A DNA stretch of 64,000 bases from Utricularia gibba (taxonomy: Eukaryota > Plantae > Magnoliophyta). The position numbers were made by a program, and so were the translations under genes. Below, piece after piece: positions 12,060 through 26,317 of this stretch. The stretch's first letter is position 1; each line of letters starts with the position of its first letter. The stretch covers positions 434,001 to 498,000 of the forward strand of contig NEEC01000011.1 of assembly GCA_002189035.1 (NCBI GenBank), read 5' to 3'. The notes below the pieces were generated by a model. That model searched no databases. It was not told the origin of the DNA and saw nothing but the letters and a program-made list of their open reading frames with translations.

Positions 12060-14279
12060 TTATGTCGGTACAGTCGGCTTTGTAAGCCGCGGAGCAATGT
12101 GTTGAAGCCTGCTCAGTAGTTCACCACAGGTGATGGAACCACCCGCGTCGTGTTTTGGCTGCGCAAATTCGGGAAGAAGCTCTGTTCCATCGTGGGCTTC
12201 CCACAAGTTGCAAAAGCATGACATGATGGTTGAAAGGAGTTCATTATCAAGAATGATGCCAGCAGCTGCCATTTCATGGAGCAAGCCAAAAACTTGTTCT
12301 TGGTCACCCTCTGCACTGAAACCTTTTAGCAAAGAATCATATACAAATGCATCTGGTAGGAGGCCAGAGGCCTTCATCCTCTTCAATAACACTTTAGCCT
12401 CCTTGGTCAGTCCTGCTTTTGAAAGGCGGTTAATCAGCACAGAATACGTTAGAGCATCTGGAGTCAGGCCCGTGTTCAGCATATCGCCCATTAACTTAAA
12501 CGCATACTGAATGTCCCCTGCTTTGATAACTGAATCAATCAAGATGTTGTAGGAGACAACATCTGGGACACAGTTGCCACTCGCCATATCTTCAAACAAG
12601 TCTCTTACTTGCTCCATGCTGCTTTCTTTGCTCAAGGAAGACATCAGGGCATTGTAGTCATAAGACGTAGGTTTTGGACCCCTTCTTTTCATCTCCATAA
12701 AAATACCTTTTGCAATGTTTATACAGCAACATTTGCACAATCCATCAATAAGAGCACTATAAGCTCTTGCATCCGGAGTAATACCTGACTGTAGAAACTC
12801 TTTCCAAAGGCTCATAGGTTTTTGAACGTCTCCTATCCTTAGATATGCCCCTATGAGTACATCATATGATGTAATGGAATTTAAATTCTTCAGAGTGGCT
12901 GCTGCACGAGCAATTTTTTCTGCATCCTCAAGACGACCTTCACTGCACAGCCCTTGGACTAATATACTGATTGTAAATTCATCAGGCTCAGCTCTGATGA
13001 TCTTGAATTGCTCCAAAAAATTCGACGCACCATCACTCTTTCCAAGCTCATGAAGACCGCCCATTACTCCGTTGCGATTAACTAAATCAGATGTCTTCCC
13101 CTTCGTGATCATCATTTCAACGATTTTAGTAGCATCCTCAATCTGTCCATTCTGGCATAAGCCTTTGAGTAGAATGTTCAGTGTTACAGTGTTTGGGTTA
13201 ATGCCCTTCTCCAGCATGAAGGCCAGCATTTTGATAGCCTCGTTAGTTCTCCCAACTTCAGAAAGTTTGCTGATCATAGACGTGCACAAAACGACATCAG
13301 GCTGGATCCCGTTACTTATCATATCTTGAAACAAATTCATGGCTTTGTTAAGTTCCCCTTTCAAGCACAGTCCCCCCATCAAGGACGAATAGGTGATCAG
13401 ATTTGGAGGAATCCCACTGCTCAGCATGTAATTGAAAAGCTCCTCTGCTTTATCAATATCTCCTCTCCCACAAAACCCCGCTACCAAAGTGCTGCAGACT
13501 ACAACATCAAGTTCAATCCCCTTCCCTTTCATTTCCTCAAAAAATCTCAAAGCTTCATCCAAGTTGTCTTCTTTGAGACCATTGATCAGAATGCTGTAAG
13601 TTATCAGATCAGGGTCAATGCGTGAAAGCTCCATCCTCATCTTTACGTCCATTGCTTGTCTAAATTTTCTTTCTCGGCAAAATCCCTGAATCAGCGTATT
13701 AAAACTCACACGATTGGGAGCCACAGAGTTTCTCTCCATTTCACCCAAAAACTGCAAAGCCTTTGAAGTAGAACCATTACAACAAAACCCATTCAAAATA
13801 ACGTTGGCAAGATAGATATTAACAAAATACCCACGCTTCAAAATCAACGCGATAACAGAAAGAGCCAACTCGGGCACCCCGAAGAACACCAAAGACTCAA
13901 CCAACGAAGACAATGAAAAATAATACCTCGGTGACACCCCAGCACTAGTCATTTTCTTGTATGCAGAGAAAGCCATTTTATGTTCCTTATTCCTAGAAAG
14001 GGTTAGCAGAACAAGGTCGCACAAGCGCCCTGAAGGAATGAGGCCCTTGTCCACCGATTTCTCAAAAAGCATAAAAGCTTTCCGTGAATTACCGGAACTG
14101 GGTTTTGTGAACATGGACGTAATCTCCACCTCTACTTCATCGAAACCTTGTAATGATCCGGAAACAGTATTCAAGCTTGGGGCTGATGTGAACTGACTGA
14201 CAAACACTAAATTTCTAGCAGAAGAACGCAAGTAATAGTTGAAAAAAAGAGAATTCTTTGATGTGGCTTTGAACGCCAT
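12060..14279 (-). CDS. P-class pentatricopeptide repeat protein, 739 aa, intronless (resembles Arabidopsis At4g28010/RPF5 type), probably mitochondrial
   Basis: Single ORF with tandem 35-aa PPR motifs (e.g. VSFNTLIQGFCRERK, ITYSILINGL, VSYNILIDSVIKAGD). No E/DYW domain. Basic, Ser-rich N-terminus. Ortholog assignment is from memory of the family. Confidence 0.93.
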   Translation of the reverse strand: MAFKATSKNSLFFNYYLRSSARNLVFVSQFTSAPSLNTVSGSLQGFDEVEVEITSMFTKPSSGNSRKAFMLFEKSVDKGLIPSGRLCDLVLLTLSRNKEHKMAFSAYKKMTSAGVSPRYYFSLSSLVESLVFFGVPELALSVIALILKRGYFVNIYLANVILNGFCCNGSTSKALQFLGEMERNSVAPNRVSFNTLIQGFCRERKFRQAMDVKMRMELSRIDPDLITYSILINGLKEDNLDEALRFFEEMKGKGIELDVVVCSTLVAGFCGRGDIDKAEELFNYMLSSGIPPNLITYSSLMGGLCLKGELNKAMNLFQDMISNGIQPDVVLCTSMISKLSEVGRTNEAIKMLAFMLEKGINPNTVTLNILLKGLCQNGQIEDATKIVEMMITKGKTSDLVNRNGVMGGLHELGKSDGASNFLEQFKIIRAEPDEFTISILVQGLCSEGRLEDAEKIARAAATLKNLNSITSYDVLIGAYLRIGDVQKPMSLWKEFLQSGITPDARAYSALIDGLCKCCCINIAKGIFMEMKRRGPKPTSYDYNALMSSLSKESSMEQVRDLFEDMASGNCVPDVVSYNILIDSVIKAGDIQYAFKLMGDMLNTGLTPDALTYSVLINRLSKAGLTKEAKVLLKRMKASGLLPDAFVYDSLLKGFSAEGDQEQVFGLLHEMAAAGIILDNELLSTIMSCFCNLWEAHDGTELLPEFAQPKHDAGGSITCGELLSRLQHIAPRLTKPTVPT

Positions 14280-14601
14280 AGACCACGGCCTTCAAGCTCA
14301 AATGAAGAGTTTTTCGTTAGCAACTCGACGAATAACATTACAGAAACAATATATCATTCAGACCGAAAGTTTACCGAAGAGTCGAAAAAATGGGAGGAAC
14401 GAGAAGACGAGATTAGGGCCTTCGTGGTGATCTCCTAACGTTTTCGCCACATGGGCCTTGGATTGGCCCAACTACAGAATTCCCTAATGGGCTAAATGAT
14501 TATTTTAGCTCTGGATTCATAAATTCCGGTGAGGCGGTTGATGCCTAGAGGACGAATGCAAGAGGCGAAGTTGAAGTAGTCGAGGATCGGAAAAAGCAGG
14601 A
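14280..14601. promoter_or_regulatory. Putative bidirectional promoter shared by the PPR (-) and RBP47-like (+) genes
   Basis: Head-to-head ATGs with only 322 bp between them. Contains site II/TCP-type motifs TGGGCC (~14452) and TGGGCT (~14488), plus TTGGCCCA. Confidence 0.6.
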
Positions 14602-16912
14602 ATGAATTCGACAGCGGTGCCGTATCACCAACCCACAACTCTGGATGAGGTTCGCACCCTGTGGATTGGGGATTTGCCTTATTGGGCCGACGAGAACTAT
14701 CTCCGAGGATGGTTCCCGCACACGGGGAGGTAAGATTCATGGCTTTGTTGTTTATGCGGCACTTTCCTCTCCCTAGTGATGAAAAAAAAAAAAACTTCTC
14801 ATTTGATATTGTACTAGTGCATACCGTCAAGGATAGCCGGTGTTCCTGGTTACTTGAGGATTACAGCAACAGTATATCCGAACAGAATTCTTAACATAAT
14901 GTTGAGGATGCAGAAATTAGTATTGAGATAGTACTAATAGATATTGTGTTATGTAAATTTGAAGAGGAATGCATTAGAGGTATTGCACATGCATGAAGAT
15001 AGTTATTCAATATTTTATCTGGATATAGTTCTCATCGTGGATCGATAATGAGTAGACTTCTCTCTGGGAAGAAGGCACAGTAAATTTTCTGCTGTGGTTA
15101 ATTTTCAGCTTTGAAATTAGAAGAATGAATGTCACAAAGATGGGCATTTGTGGAATGTTGATTGGTTGGTGTTTAAATTGAGCTTTTTCAATGGCATTTA
15201 GGTGCTTTCAGTTAAAGTCATCCGGAACAAGGTTACTGGTCAGCCAGAGGGTTATGGATTTGTAGAGTTCACATCCCATCATGTGGCAGAAAGTGTTCTA
15301 CAGTCGTACAATGGCACTCAAATTCCTGGAACTGAACTAACTTTTAGGTTGAATTGGGCGTCTTCGGGGTTGGAGAGAGGAGAGTTGATGCAGGACCTGA
15401 GCACTCTATCTTTGTTGGAGATTTGGCACCGGACGTTACTGATTATTTATTGCAAGAGACCTTCAGAGCCAGTTATCCATCCGTTAGGGGAGCGAAAGTT
15501 GTCATGGACCCCAATACAGGCAGGTCAAAAGGCTATGGGTTTGTAAAGTTTGCTGATGAGATGGAGAGGAACAGAGCAATGGTCGAGATGAATGGTGTTT
15601 ATTGCTCAACTAGGCCCATGAGAATCAGTGCTGCTACACCCAAGAAAACCGCAACAGGTGTCCAACCAAATGCCCCCAGTAATGGTGAGGAGTGCTCAGT
15701 GAGATCATATATGCTGACACATGTTTACTCTACTCGCTGTATGCAAGCTTATGCAAGAGAAATATAATTCAACTCCCAAATGTCGATTTGCTGATTCCTT
15801 GGTTTTTGCTAGCATAAGGAAGTTTATGTTTTTCTTTATCCCCTCTTGCAGCAGCATATCCAGCTTCTCTTTATTCTGCTCCTGTTCAGACAATTCCCAT
15901 GGATACTGACACAACCAACACTACCGTAAGCCACCAAAAGGCTCATCTCTTATTGGTCCCTATTGGTTTTTTTCTTTACCATATTTCCTAAGAGCAGGTT
16001 TTCGTTGGTAATCTGGATCCCAATGTGACCGAAGAAGAGCTGAGGCAAGTATTCCTGCAATTTGGAGATATTGTCTATGTCAAAATTCCAGCAGCCAAGG
16101 GCTGTGGTTTTGTTCAGTTTTCTGCAAGGTAAATCCATATGGCCGTTTTTTCTTATTCTGGAATTTTGCAGTTAGTTCTCTTAACATGTAATTCCATAGG
16201 ACATATGCAGAGGAGTCAATTCAGAGGATGCAAGGAGCCACAATTGGTCAACAGGTTGTTCGCTTATCGTGGGGAAAGAGTCTCTCCGCAAAACAGGTAG
16301 CTTCCGAAATGATTGCCATGTTTACAGCGCCCATGGACGTCATTTGATATTCAATAGGGTTATCATGTAGGATGTTACCGGCTCTTGGGTTCAACCATCA
16401 GACCCAAATCAAGTGAACGCTTACTATGCTTACGGACATGGCTATGATCCATACACCTATGGAGCGACCCCAGATCCTTCACAATGTGCGTATGGTGGAT
16501 ATCTGCAGTACCCGCACCAGGTGAGTCCAGACTTATCTTTTTTAGTGGAATCCCTGCTGGAAAGTCTAAAGAGAAATAACTGATAGCTGAACCGTGAAGC
16601 GTAAACCATACTTCTTTGTGACTGATTTTCACACGGTCTGGATTCTGAAACAGGTAGAAGGGTCGCACGACATGGCTGTGTTGCCGGCTCTTGCTCCAGC
16701 GTTGGAACAAAGGGATGAGATATATGACCCGTTAGCTGCACCAGATGTTGATAGGTATCACTCTTCCTATCGGGTTCATGTCTTCTTTCCCTCCTGGGCT
16801 GAAGTGGTAATCCTTTTTCAGGCTAAACGCTGCATACCTTGCCACTCATGGGCGTACCATTCTGGGGAGGCCATTGTGGCTGACCACATCGGTGGTAGCA
16901 GAGCAGAACTAG
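14602..16912 (+). CDS. RBP47: Polyadenylate-binding protein RBP45/RBP47 family (3 RRM; RBP47B-prime-like)
   Basis: MNSTAVPYHQPTTLDEVRTLWIGDLPYWADENYL, then KVIRNKVTGQPEGYGFVEF, SIFVGDLAPDVTDYLLQETF, GRSKGYGFVKF, FVGNLDPNVTEEEL and KGCGFVQF. Last exon RLNAAYLATHGRTILGRPLWLTTSVVAEQN ends at TAG 16910-16912. Confidence 0.92.
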
Positions 16913-17779
16913 CCGCGGGTTTGCTGGGCCGCAGAAAGAAGACTGATGATGATAAAGTAGGTGTCTCTGTTTGGACTTTTGCCGCAGCCGTCAGAAATGT
17001 ATTCCATTTGCAGTATGTACTCCCCAGAAACAGCCATGGACTCGTTTTCTTGGCCACATGTTGAACAGTCAGAACAATTCAGACATAAACGAACAATACC
17101 ACCAAACGCCATCTCTTAATCAGTCTTAATTAGCAGACGTTGAATCTTTCCGTGATTAGGCAAGGATTAACGGTCTAAAAAGCCGGTGGGGCCCGATGCT
17201 GGCATTTCAAGCTAAAGTTGAGCTGAAAAGGGAAGGGGTTGGGTTCGGAATCTCGTGAGGGGAAGAAGATCACTGTTCAACTACCACTCTCGCTGTCATC
17301 GACAGATCTACGCACTTGTATCTTACTGCTTTTGCTATCTGCGTTTCACTTCTTCACTTTTCAGTCCTCTTTGCTTCCTCGTTTTCTCCCATTCATTGCG
17401 CCACCGCCGGAACAATCGGTAAAGACGGCTGCTGGTACATTAATTAATTTCGTGCATTTTGCTGCTTTTCGGCTATTCCCTGGCATCCTGTTAATTTACC
17501 TTTTCTTTGTGTTTTGCTCTGTTCGGGGCTTAATTCATGTGTGGACCATTTTTTTTTTCTGTATATATGTATTTTTTCTTGGAGTCCATGGCTTCTCACT
17601 GCATGATGTCCATTTCTTCCGGCTCTTACAAATTTTCATAGTGTTGTATGAAGATTTTTTTTTCGAAACAGTGGATCGTGTATGGTGTGCATTTTAAGGG
17701 TTTTTTTATAACTATTTTAGATATTTCGTGTACAGAGAAAAGGAGATTGGGGATTATCGAGATTGGCAGTTGTTGAATC

Positions 17780-20152
<2,373 letters not shown>

Positions 20153-20779
20153 CTATCACAAGAGAAGAGTGCTCGGATCAAGCCATTCTGCGGTGGCAGC
20201 ACAATGCTTCTAATTGTGTGCCTGAGAGTGTAAAAGGTTTGAGTTGTTACTACATCCAATGGCTTTGGTCCGATGCGCCCCTGGAACCCGTCGAACCAAC
20301 CTAATCAAACCGGTTAACACAACAGAAAGGTGGTAAGGAAACTGTTACAATAATCATTTGGCGTTTTCTGAAACGGTGCAAGTTCTTTTTTCGTATGGGA
20401 TCAACATCAGCATTCGTTGTTAAGAGGGTGTGCCTCTTGTTTTAATGTCTAGGAGTGTGTAACTAGTGGCTATTTTGCTTCATGTGTTCCAGACGCTTGA
20501 CATGTAAATGGGGTTATTTGTCTTTGGGGTGGTATTTTGCTTCTGAGGTATCTATCAATGGTTGTCAGATCCTATGAACGAAGCCCATTGTTAAGTACAC
20601 TCTTGTTGTTTGCAAAGAAGTGTCTTCTAGTACTCTCCCTGCTTCGTGGAAAATGAAAATCTACATCGAATGTTTTAGCCTTCGCAGAGCAACAGTGCAC
20701 AGAACTGGGGATCACTGTTGCTGCATCATAGGAGGGCATGATATTATTATGTCCTAGCCACTTAGCCTGTGGGAAATCT

Positions 20780-23463
20780 TCAGTGCATTGGGGAGTTTAG
20801 ACCCTCTTGAGAAGCCATAGTGTGCATAGCTTGATATCTCTTTGAAGAGAAAGGCTGCGGCATGCTTCGAAACGAAGGCCTCTTCTTGAGCTGATGAATT
20901 GTCTTTTTCGCGTGACAGCTTCGGTAGATCGGCATGGCACTCTCCTTGAACTTGATGGAGAAAAGGAATAGCAGCCGGAAAGCCACTACAAGTGCTGCTA
21001 TTGCCGACAGATCCCACCATTTTGAATGGCTGATGGGGATGCCAAGCCAAGAACGAAGTATCCTTTCACCTGGTACTTTGGGTTGCCCCTTTTGCAGGGG
21101 TTCAAACTCCACCCCTATCAGTTCATTCTTCATGGCACCCTGTAAAGAATTTCAAGTGCTATCCACAGTTATCTTTGATTTCTTCAAACTCCGCATTGGA
21201 TACAGTAGGAGGGCGATGTTCGCACCTGTAATGCCCATGACATGTAGTTGAGGTAATAAACTGGGTATTTCCAGACTATTGCCGGGAGATCAGGGAATCG
21301 ACGGAAGAATCCTGATGTAGTCATCATAAGAGCCTGCGTTGCCAAGCCAAGTTCAGGTTAGATAGATAGAACATTGCTACTGCTATTGATTTTGTACTGA
21401 GAATTAAAATACTTGCCACAAATCCAGCCCCAAGGAGGACGCACATCAAGAAATTAGGAACGAATGCAGCGATGACCAACATGCAGCTCTCTGTGACAGC
21501 TATGGAGAGAAAGAAGTCTAGGGTGAAGAATGCAAAGTGGGATAACCCTGAATGATACTTCATCATGTAAAAGGTGATTGCTGCTGTGCTGCACGAAATC
21601 CCAACCAGGAATGGGAATGAAGAGATGAAGTTTGATAGGATGTACACCAGAACACCATAATGCTTGCTGAGCCTCTCCTTACTGAATACCTGCTTTTTTT
21701 TTTTTTTCAGAATGAGCAATTGGAGTTAGTTACCCTGGCATTGTCTAGTTGGTGCATCAAGTCAGATGGATTGACCTTCATTTCTTCGATGAGTGATGGG
21801 AAGCCTCCTATCGTCATTAGCATCATGAAACCGAACACGAAAGCCCCCCTGCCCCCCTGTCTTGGACTGAAGTGATGAGGTAATTTTCTCCAGTGTTGAA
21901 GAAGATGGTTCCTACACTGATGGATACGGCTATGTAGACTAAGATCCGTACCCAGTAGTACCCAATGTCCCTGTTCATGTTGACGAAAGATCGCTTGGTT
22001 AAGGTCTTGAGCTGTGTCATCCATGTTGGCTTGATGGATTTAACCTCCCCAAAGCCAGACCCTTGCTGCGAGAATCAACCTTGAATATTTCTGCCGATTT
22101 CCTTGGGTGGCATGATTGAAATCAGAACCAAATGTGGGAAAATGCTTACATAAGTTGACAATTCTTGTGCTCTTGCTTTCACTCGTGGTGCATATTTTGA
22201 GCTCTGGTACTTCTGAATAAGGCTTGCTCGTATTTCTGCTGTTGGTGGTAGATCCATGGCTGATCCACTGCTGGATCCTTGCTGTAACAAGTCCTTGACA
22301 TCTCCCTGATTGGAAGAGATGCATTCCACAGAGTTGGGATGATACAAAGGGTCCATCACCATTAGAAAATCAGGCACTTACCTTTCGTCTAAAACTTCCG
22401 TTCAACGTTTTCTTCACATTGTCAAAGTCTGAATTTGTGCATACTAGAAAATGATCTGAAGGGTTTCTTCTAGTCGGGCATGGGAAGCCGGCCTCGGCAA
22501 AGAACTGCAAACACAAGATAAATGGGTGTCTAGCCAAGCCGTCTATTAGCCTTTGCAGGTGTGGTGAAAGTACCTCTGTGGCTTTGTCAGCTTCCCCAAA
22601 GTAAATGGTTTCTCCATTAGACAGGAGGAGTAGATCGTGGAACAGGGCGAAGACTTGACTGTTGGGCTGGTGAATGGACGAGATGATGGTTCTGCCGCTC
22701 AGTGAGAGGCTTCGGAGAGTCTGCACGACAAAGAAACTAGCGGCACTGTCGAGACCGGAGGTGGGTTCATCCAGAAGCAACAGACTGGGCTGCGTTATGA
22801 TTTCCAAACCGATGCTGAGCCTCCTCTTCTCCCCTCCGCTTATCCCCCGCCGATGCCAGTTCCCGATCACCGTATCAGCACAGTCCTGCAGTCCCATTTC
22901 AGATATGGTCGTCTCCACTGCGTCGTTGAGCTCTTCCCTGGTGGTACCCTTGGGAAAGCGAAGCTTGGCGGAGTAGGCAAGCGTCTCTCGGACGGTGAGG
23001 GTCCCCAAGAAGCCGCATTCTTGAGTAACATATGCCTGTTGAGCATCTCAGTTAATCACAAGAAAGATGCGGGCTTATGATGCTAACTCACTCACCCAAT
23101 GCTGTCGTTGAGTTTCCTCCTCCTCCCGTTGAGAGAAATGCTTCCTGACATGACCACGTTGATGGACAGCCTCCCTGCGGGCACAACACAAACAATAATC
23201 CATTGCTGTTCCATCAAAAAATGGGTATGGGTGAATGCAGCGGTTGGAGAGGGACCTGCCAAGGTGTCCAAGAAGGTGGACTTGCCGGAGCCGGAAGGGC
23301 CCATGACGGCCATCATCCTTCCCCGGAGAGCGTATCCGGTTATCCCGTTAATGAGGCGTCGGGTGGGGCCAGTTCCGGTGTTGGGCAGCAGCACCATCAA
23401 GTCCTCCCAGACCAAGCCCCCGGCTGCCGGAGGAGGAGGAGGAGCCGTTGCCTGGATCTCCAT
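20780..23463 (-). CDS. ABCG: ABCG half-transporter (ABCG12/13/15-like); as sequenced it carries two -1 frameshifts (pseudogene or assembly error)
   Basis: Walker [10 protein letters not shown], signature [12 protein letters not shown], Walker [16 protein letters not shown]-loop [29 protein letters not shown] and C-terminus [10 protein letters not shown]. Frame breaks at the exon-2 donor (~23096) and in the G-runs at 21844-21857. One GC-AG intron at 21334-21416. Confidence 0.9.
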
Positions 23464-24617
23464 TTATTTCGGGGAGCAGGAAGAAGAAGCAGGAGAAGAA
23501 TCAAGTGGGGCGAAGAGAAAGTGTTGAGTTGGTGATTCTTGTACAAAGCCAACCAGCCAATCAAGCCATCAATCCATTCCAATGTGTATGGGGGGGGCGT
23601 TAGGAGTTGGGGATGCGGGCCCGGCGCCATGAGTGCGGTAGCAGGGCTGCCAGCAGACGACAAATTAAAGCTCACTTCAACTACCCTATCCCTACCCCTA
23701 CCCCTACCCCTCTTCTCCCCTTCCTGGCTTCTTCTTCAGATGGAGCCTGGAGGAGAGCGGAGGGGAGGGGAGGGGAGGGGGAGGGGAGGGTGCCACCGAG
23801 AAGAAGGAAAACAAGCATGATGGAAGGGGTGGGGGCAAGATGGCCGGCTTCGCAACATCAACCCATCTCCATGTCCATGCCCATGTCCATGTCCATGTCC
23901 ATGTGTGTGTTGGGACAAGATGATGAGGACATTCTTGACAGTCCCAGTTCAAAAACACGAGAAAGAGAGAGGATGGGATGATTGTGCATTCATTTGTTTC
24001 CTTCAGGGTAGTTCCGTTGGACGTAGGCGAGGCCTGGGACCCACTCTCATTCATTAAGCCCCAGCCCCAGCCCCTGACCTATCCAATCTAATCTAATCGC
24101 CTTCCCTTCCCTTCCATCCGGCCGATATCATTTACAGTTGACAGCACCATTTCATTTCGTGGAGGGGCTGCTGTGCTGTCGCCGCCATTGACAAAGACTC
24201 CACTCCAATGCTCGAGAGACAGAGAGAATCAGCAGGCTGGGCTTTCTTCCAAAAAAGAAGCCCAAACGCCACCCGCCCTCCATCATTCTCCATATTCCTT
24301 TCCACTCTTCAAAAGCGTCTAGCTACACAAAGAGAATCTCTAGCCCAATAGTGTATACATATATATAGAAAGAGAGAAAGGGTGTTTTACACCCGCTATA
24401 AGTGACAATAGTTTATTAGGTCAGTGTGTTTTGTTAGCTTATAAATTATGATTTTAAAGTGACTTATAAATAATTTTTGAGAATTATATGAAAACTATTT
24501 AAGAGTAATTTACATATAGAATACATAAATTCATAATTCCATACGTTCTTCATTGAAGATTAAGTACCTATTAGATTTATTTTTTAAAGGTTGCTTAACA
24601 ATAAGTTTTAAATTTTA

Positions 24618-25760
24618 GGGTGTTTGATAGTTATAGTGAAGACTAACAATATCATTTGTCCTCACATGTCTGAAATAATTTTTGGAATGTGAAGATTCAT
24701 GTATGGGGGGGGGGGGGGGGTTAGGTTAGGTTTACATTCACAATTTCTTATTATTCATCTTCTATCCCATTTATTCCAATCGTGAATGAACGTAATTTTT
24801 ATGTTGAAAGACAAGAGTTCATATTCTTTTAGGTACACAACCAGGATTTTATTATCAAGCACTTGTGTAAGACAAGATAGCAAGAATTACAGAGTAAGTA
24901 AAATGAAGTCTTCCACCTTCAATGTGAGCTTATGGACAAACATTATAAACTCATTTTTGGTGAACAATTTAGCTTGTTCTCATTAGCATAGCAATCATTA
25001 TCAGATCCATTTGCCTATGAAGAGACATATCCAAATGCTTCTCATGAAATTGTGATCACCAAAACAACATTCTTCTTATGGGTTTTTGTAGCTGATTTCT
25101 ATGCATGAAATTTTAAATTCGCCTCCTCCAATTATTTCCATTCATTATTGGGTTCATTTTCTATTATGATCTCATTTTGATTATATATTGTGGTTTCTTG
25201 AGTTTCCGTCAATTCTATTTCATGATTTTATAATGGTATACATGATATGTTGTTCCGTTTGTGATATGTGCATGATTTACGTCTTGTTCCACATTTCAAA
25301 ATGATTTCTAAACAAATAAGAGCAACACCTATTGGTACTGCACATGCCATCAAGCAGGCTATTTTTATGCATATGCTTATCCTTATCTATATATGGATGA
25401 AGCAACATGGTTGCCAAAAAAACAAGTTAGCATATTCATATAACGAAAAAATTTCAAAACAAATTGAATACATGAGGGGGCTTATCACTGATGCAAACTC
25501 AGTTTGTTTTGATGAATTAAGTCTCACAAAAAGTGCATTTTTGAAGTTATGTACTTTATTTCAAGAGAAGGCTTATATGAAACCCGCAAAGTATGCTGAA
25601 GTGTCAAAAATGGTTGCAATTTTCCAGGAATTATCACACATGATAGAAAAATCAGAGCACAAAATCATGCCTTCAAGAGATCTACATGTACAGTGCTGAA
25701 GCATTTTAACACCGTGTTAATAGCAATTCTTTTCTTAGGGGATGAATTGTATGTTAAAAC
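24618..25760 (+). mobile_element. Degenerate PIF/Harbinger transposon remnant
   Basis: ORF 25268..25699 and the following bases read CFDELSLTKSAFLKLCTLFQ..EVSKMVAIFQELSH..TVLKHFNTVLIAIL, matching the N-terminal motif pattern of plant PIF transposases. A GGGTGTTTG TIR-like motif is at 24618. The other end was not found. Confidence 0.55.
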
Positions 25761-26317
25761 AAAATTGATAACCGATGATGATCATACATCAGGATTCAAA
25801 CTCTTTGAGATATTAAATTTTTAATTTTTTATGTGTATTGTATTTTTGCTTAAAGACCATTGATCGATAGAAAATTCAAAAGAGATCGCATTTCCAAAAG
25901 TTTTTCCCATCAAAAGATACTTATAAAATTGAATAAGAATTCTGCATTCATGAAAAAAATAATGCAATAGTGACAAGTACATGTGGATCCACATTATTTT
26001 CAGTTGCAAGTACTATGCATAAGTAGGATTAAACATGGGGATTTTGTTGGGTAGTGGATTTTTACTCTAAAGAAATTAGTAAAAATTCTGAAAAGGGTTT
26101 TTACACTACTTAAAAACAATAAATTGTGTAAATTAGCATTTTTGAAAGTTTAAAGGTGAACATTACACTTAATACGAAAATTAACCATGTTTATATTTTT
26201 TTATAATATGGTGAATTAATTGTTGCACTTGTATTGTATTTAGTAAGTAGGGCTTCAATTCAACAATCACTTCCATCACGAAATAGCAACAAGTCTGATG
26301 AAGGTTGAAATTTTGCA

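Noticed and set aside
12113-14196. Multiple antisense ORFs over the PPR (and similar ones over ABCG, CCCH and pol)
   Set aside because: These are shadow ORFs on the opposite strand of long coding regions.
23650-23905. (CCCTAC)n, (GGGGA)n and (CATGTC)n tracts generating several overlapping ORFs upstream of ABCG
   Set aside because: Low-complexity promoter microsatellites. The ORFs have no domain-like content.
24705-24733. G16 run followed by TTAGGTTAGG (telomere-like / G-quadruplex)
   Set aside because: Only two TTAGG units, not the plant TTTAGGG repeat. It sits in a decayed TE and the homopolymer length is unreliable.
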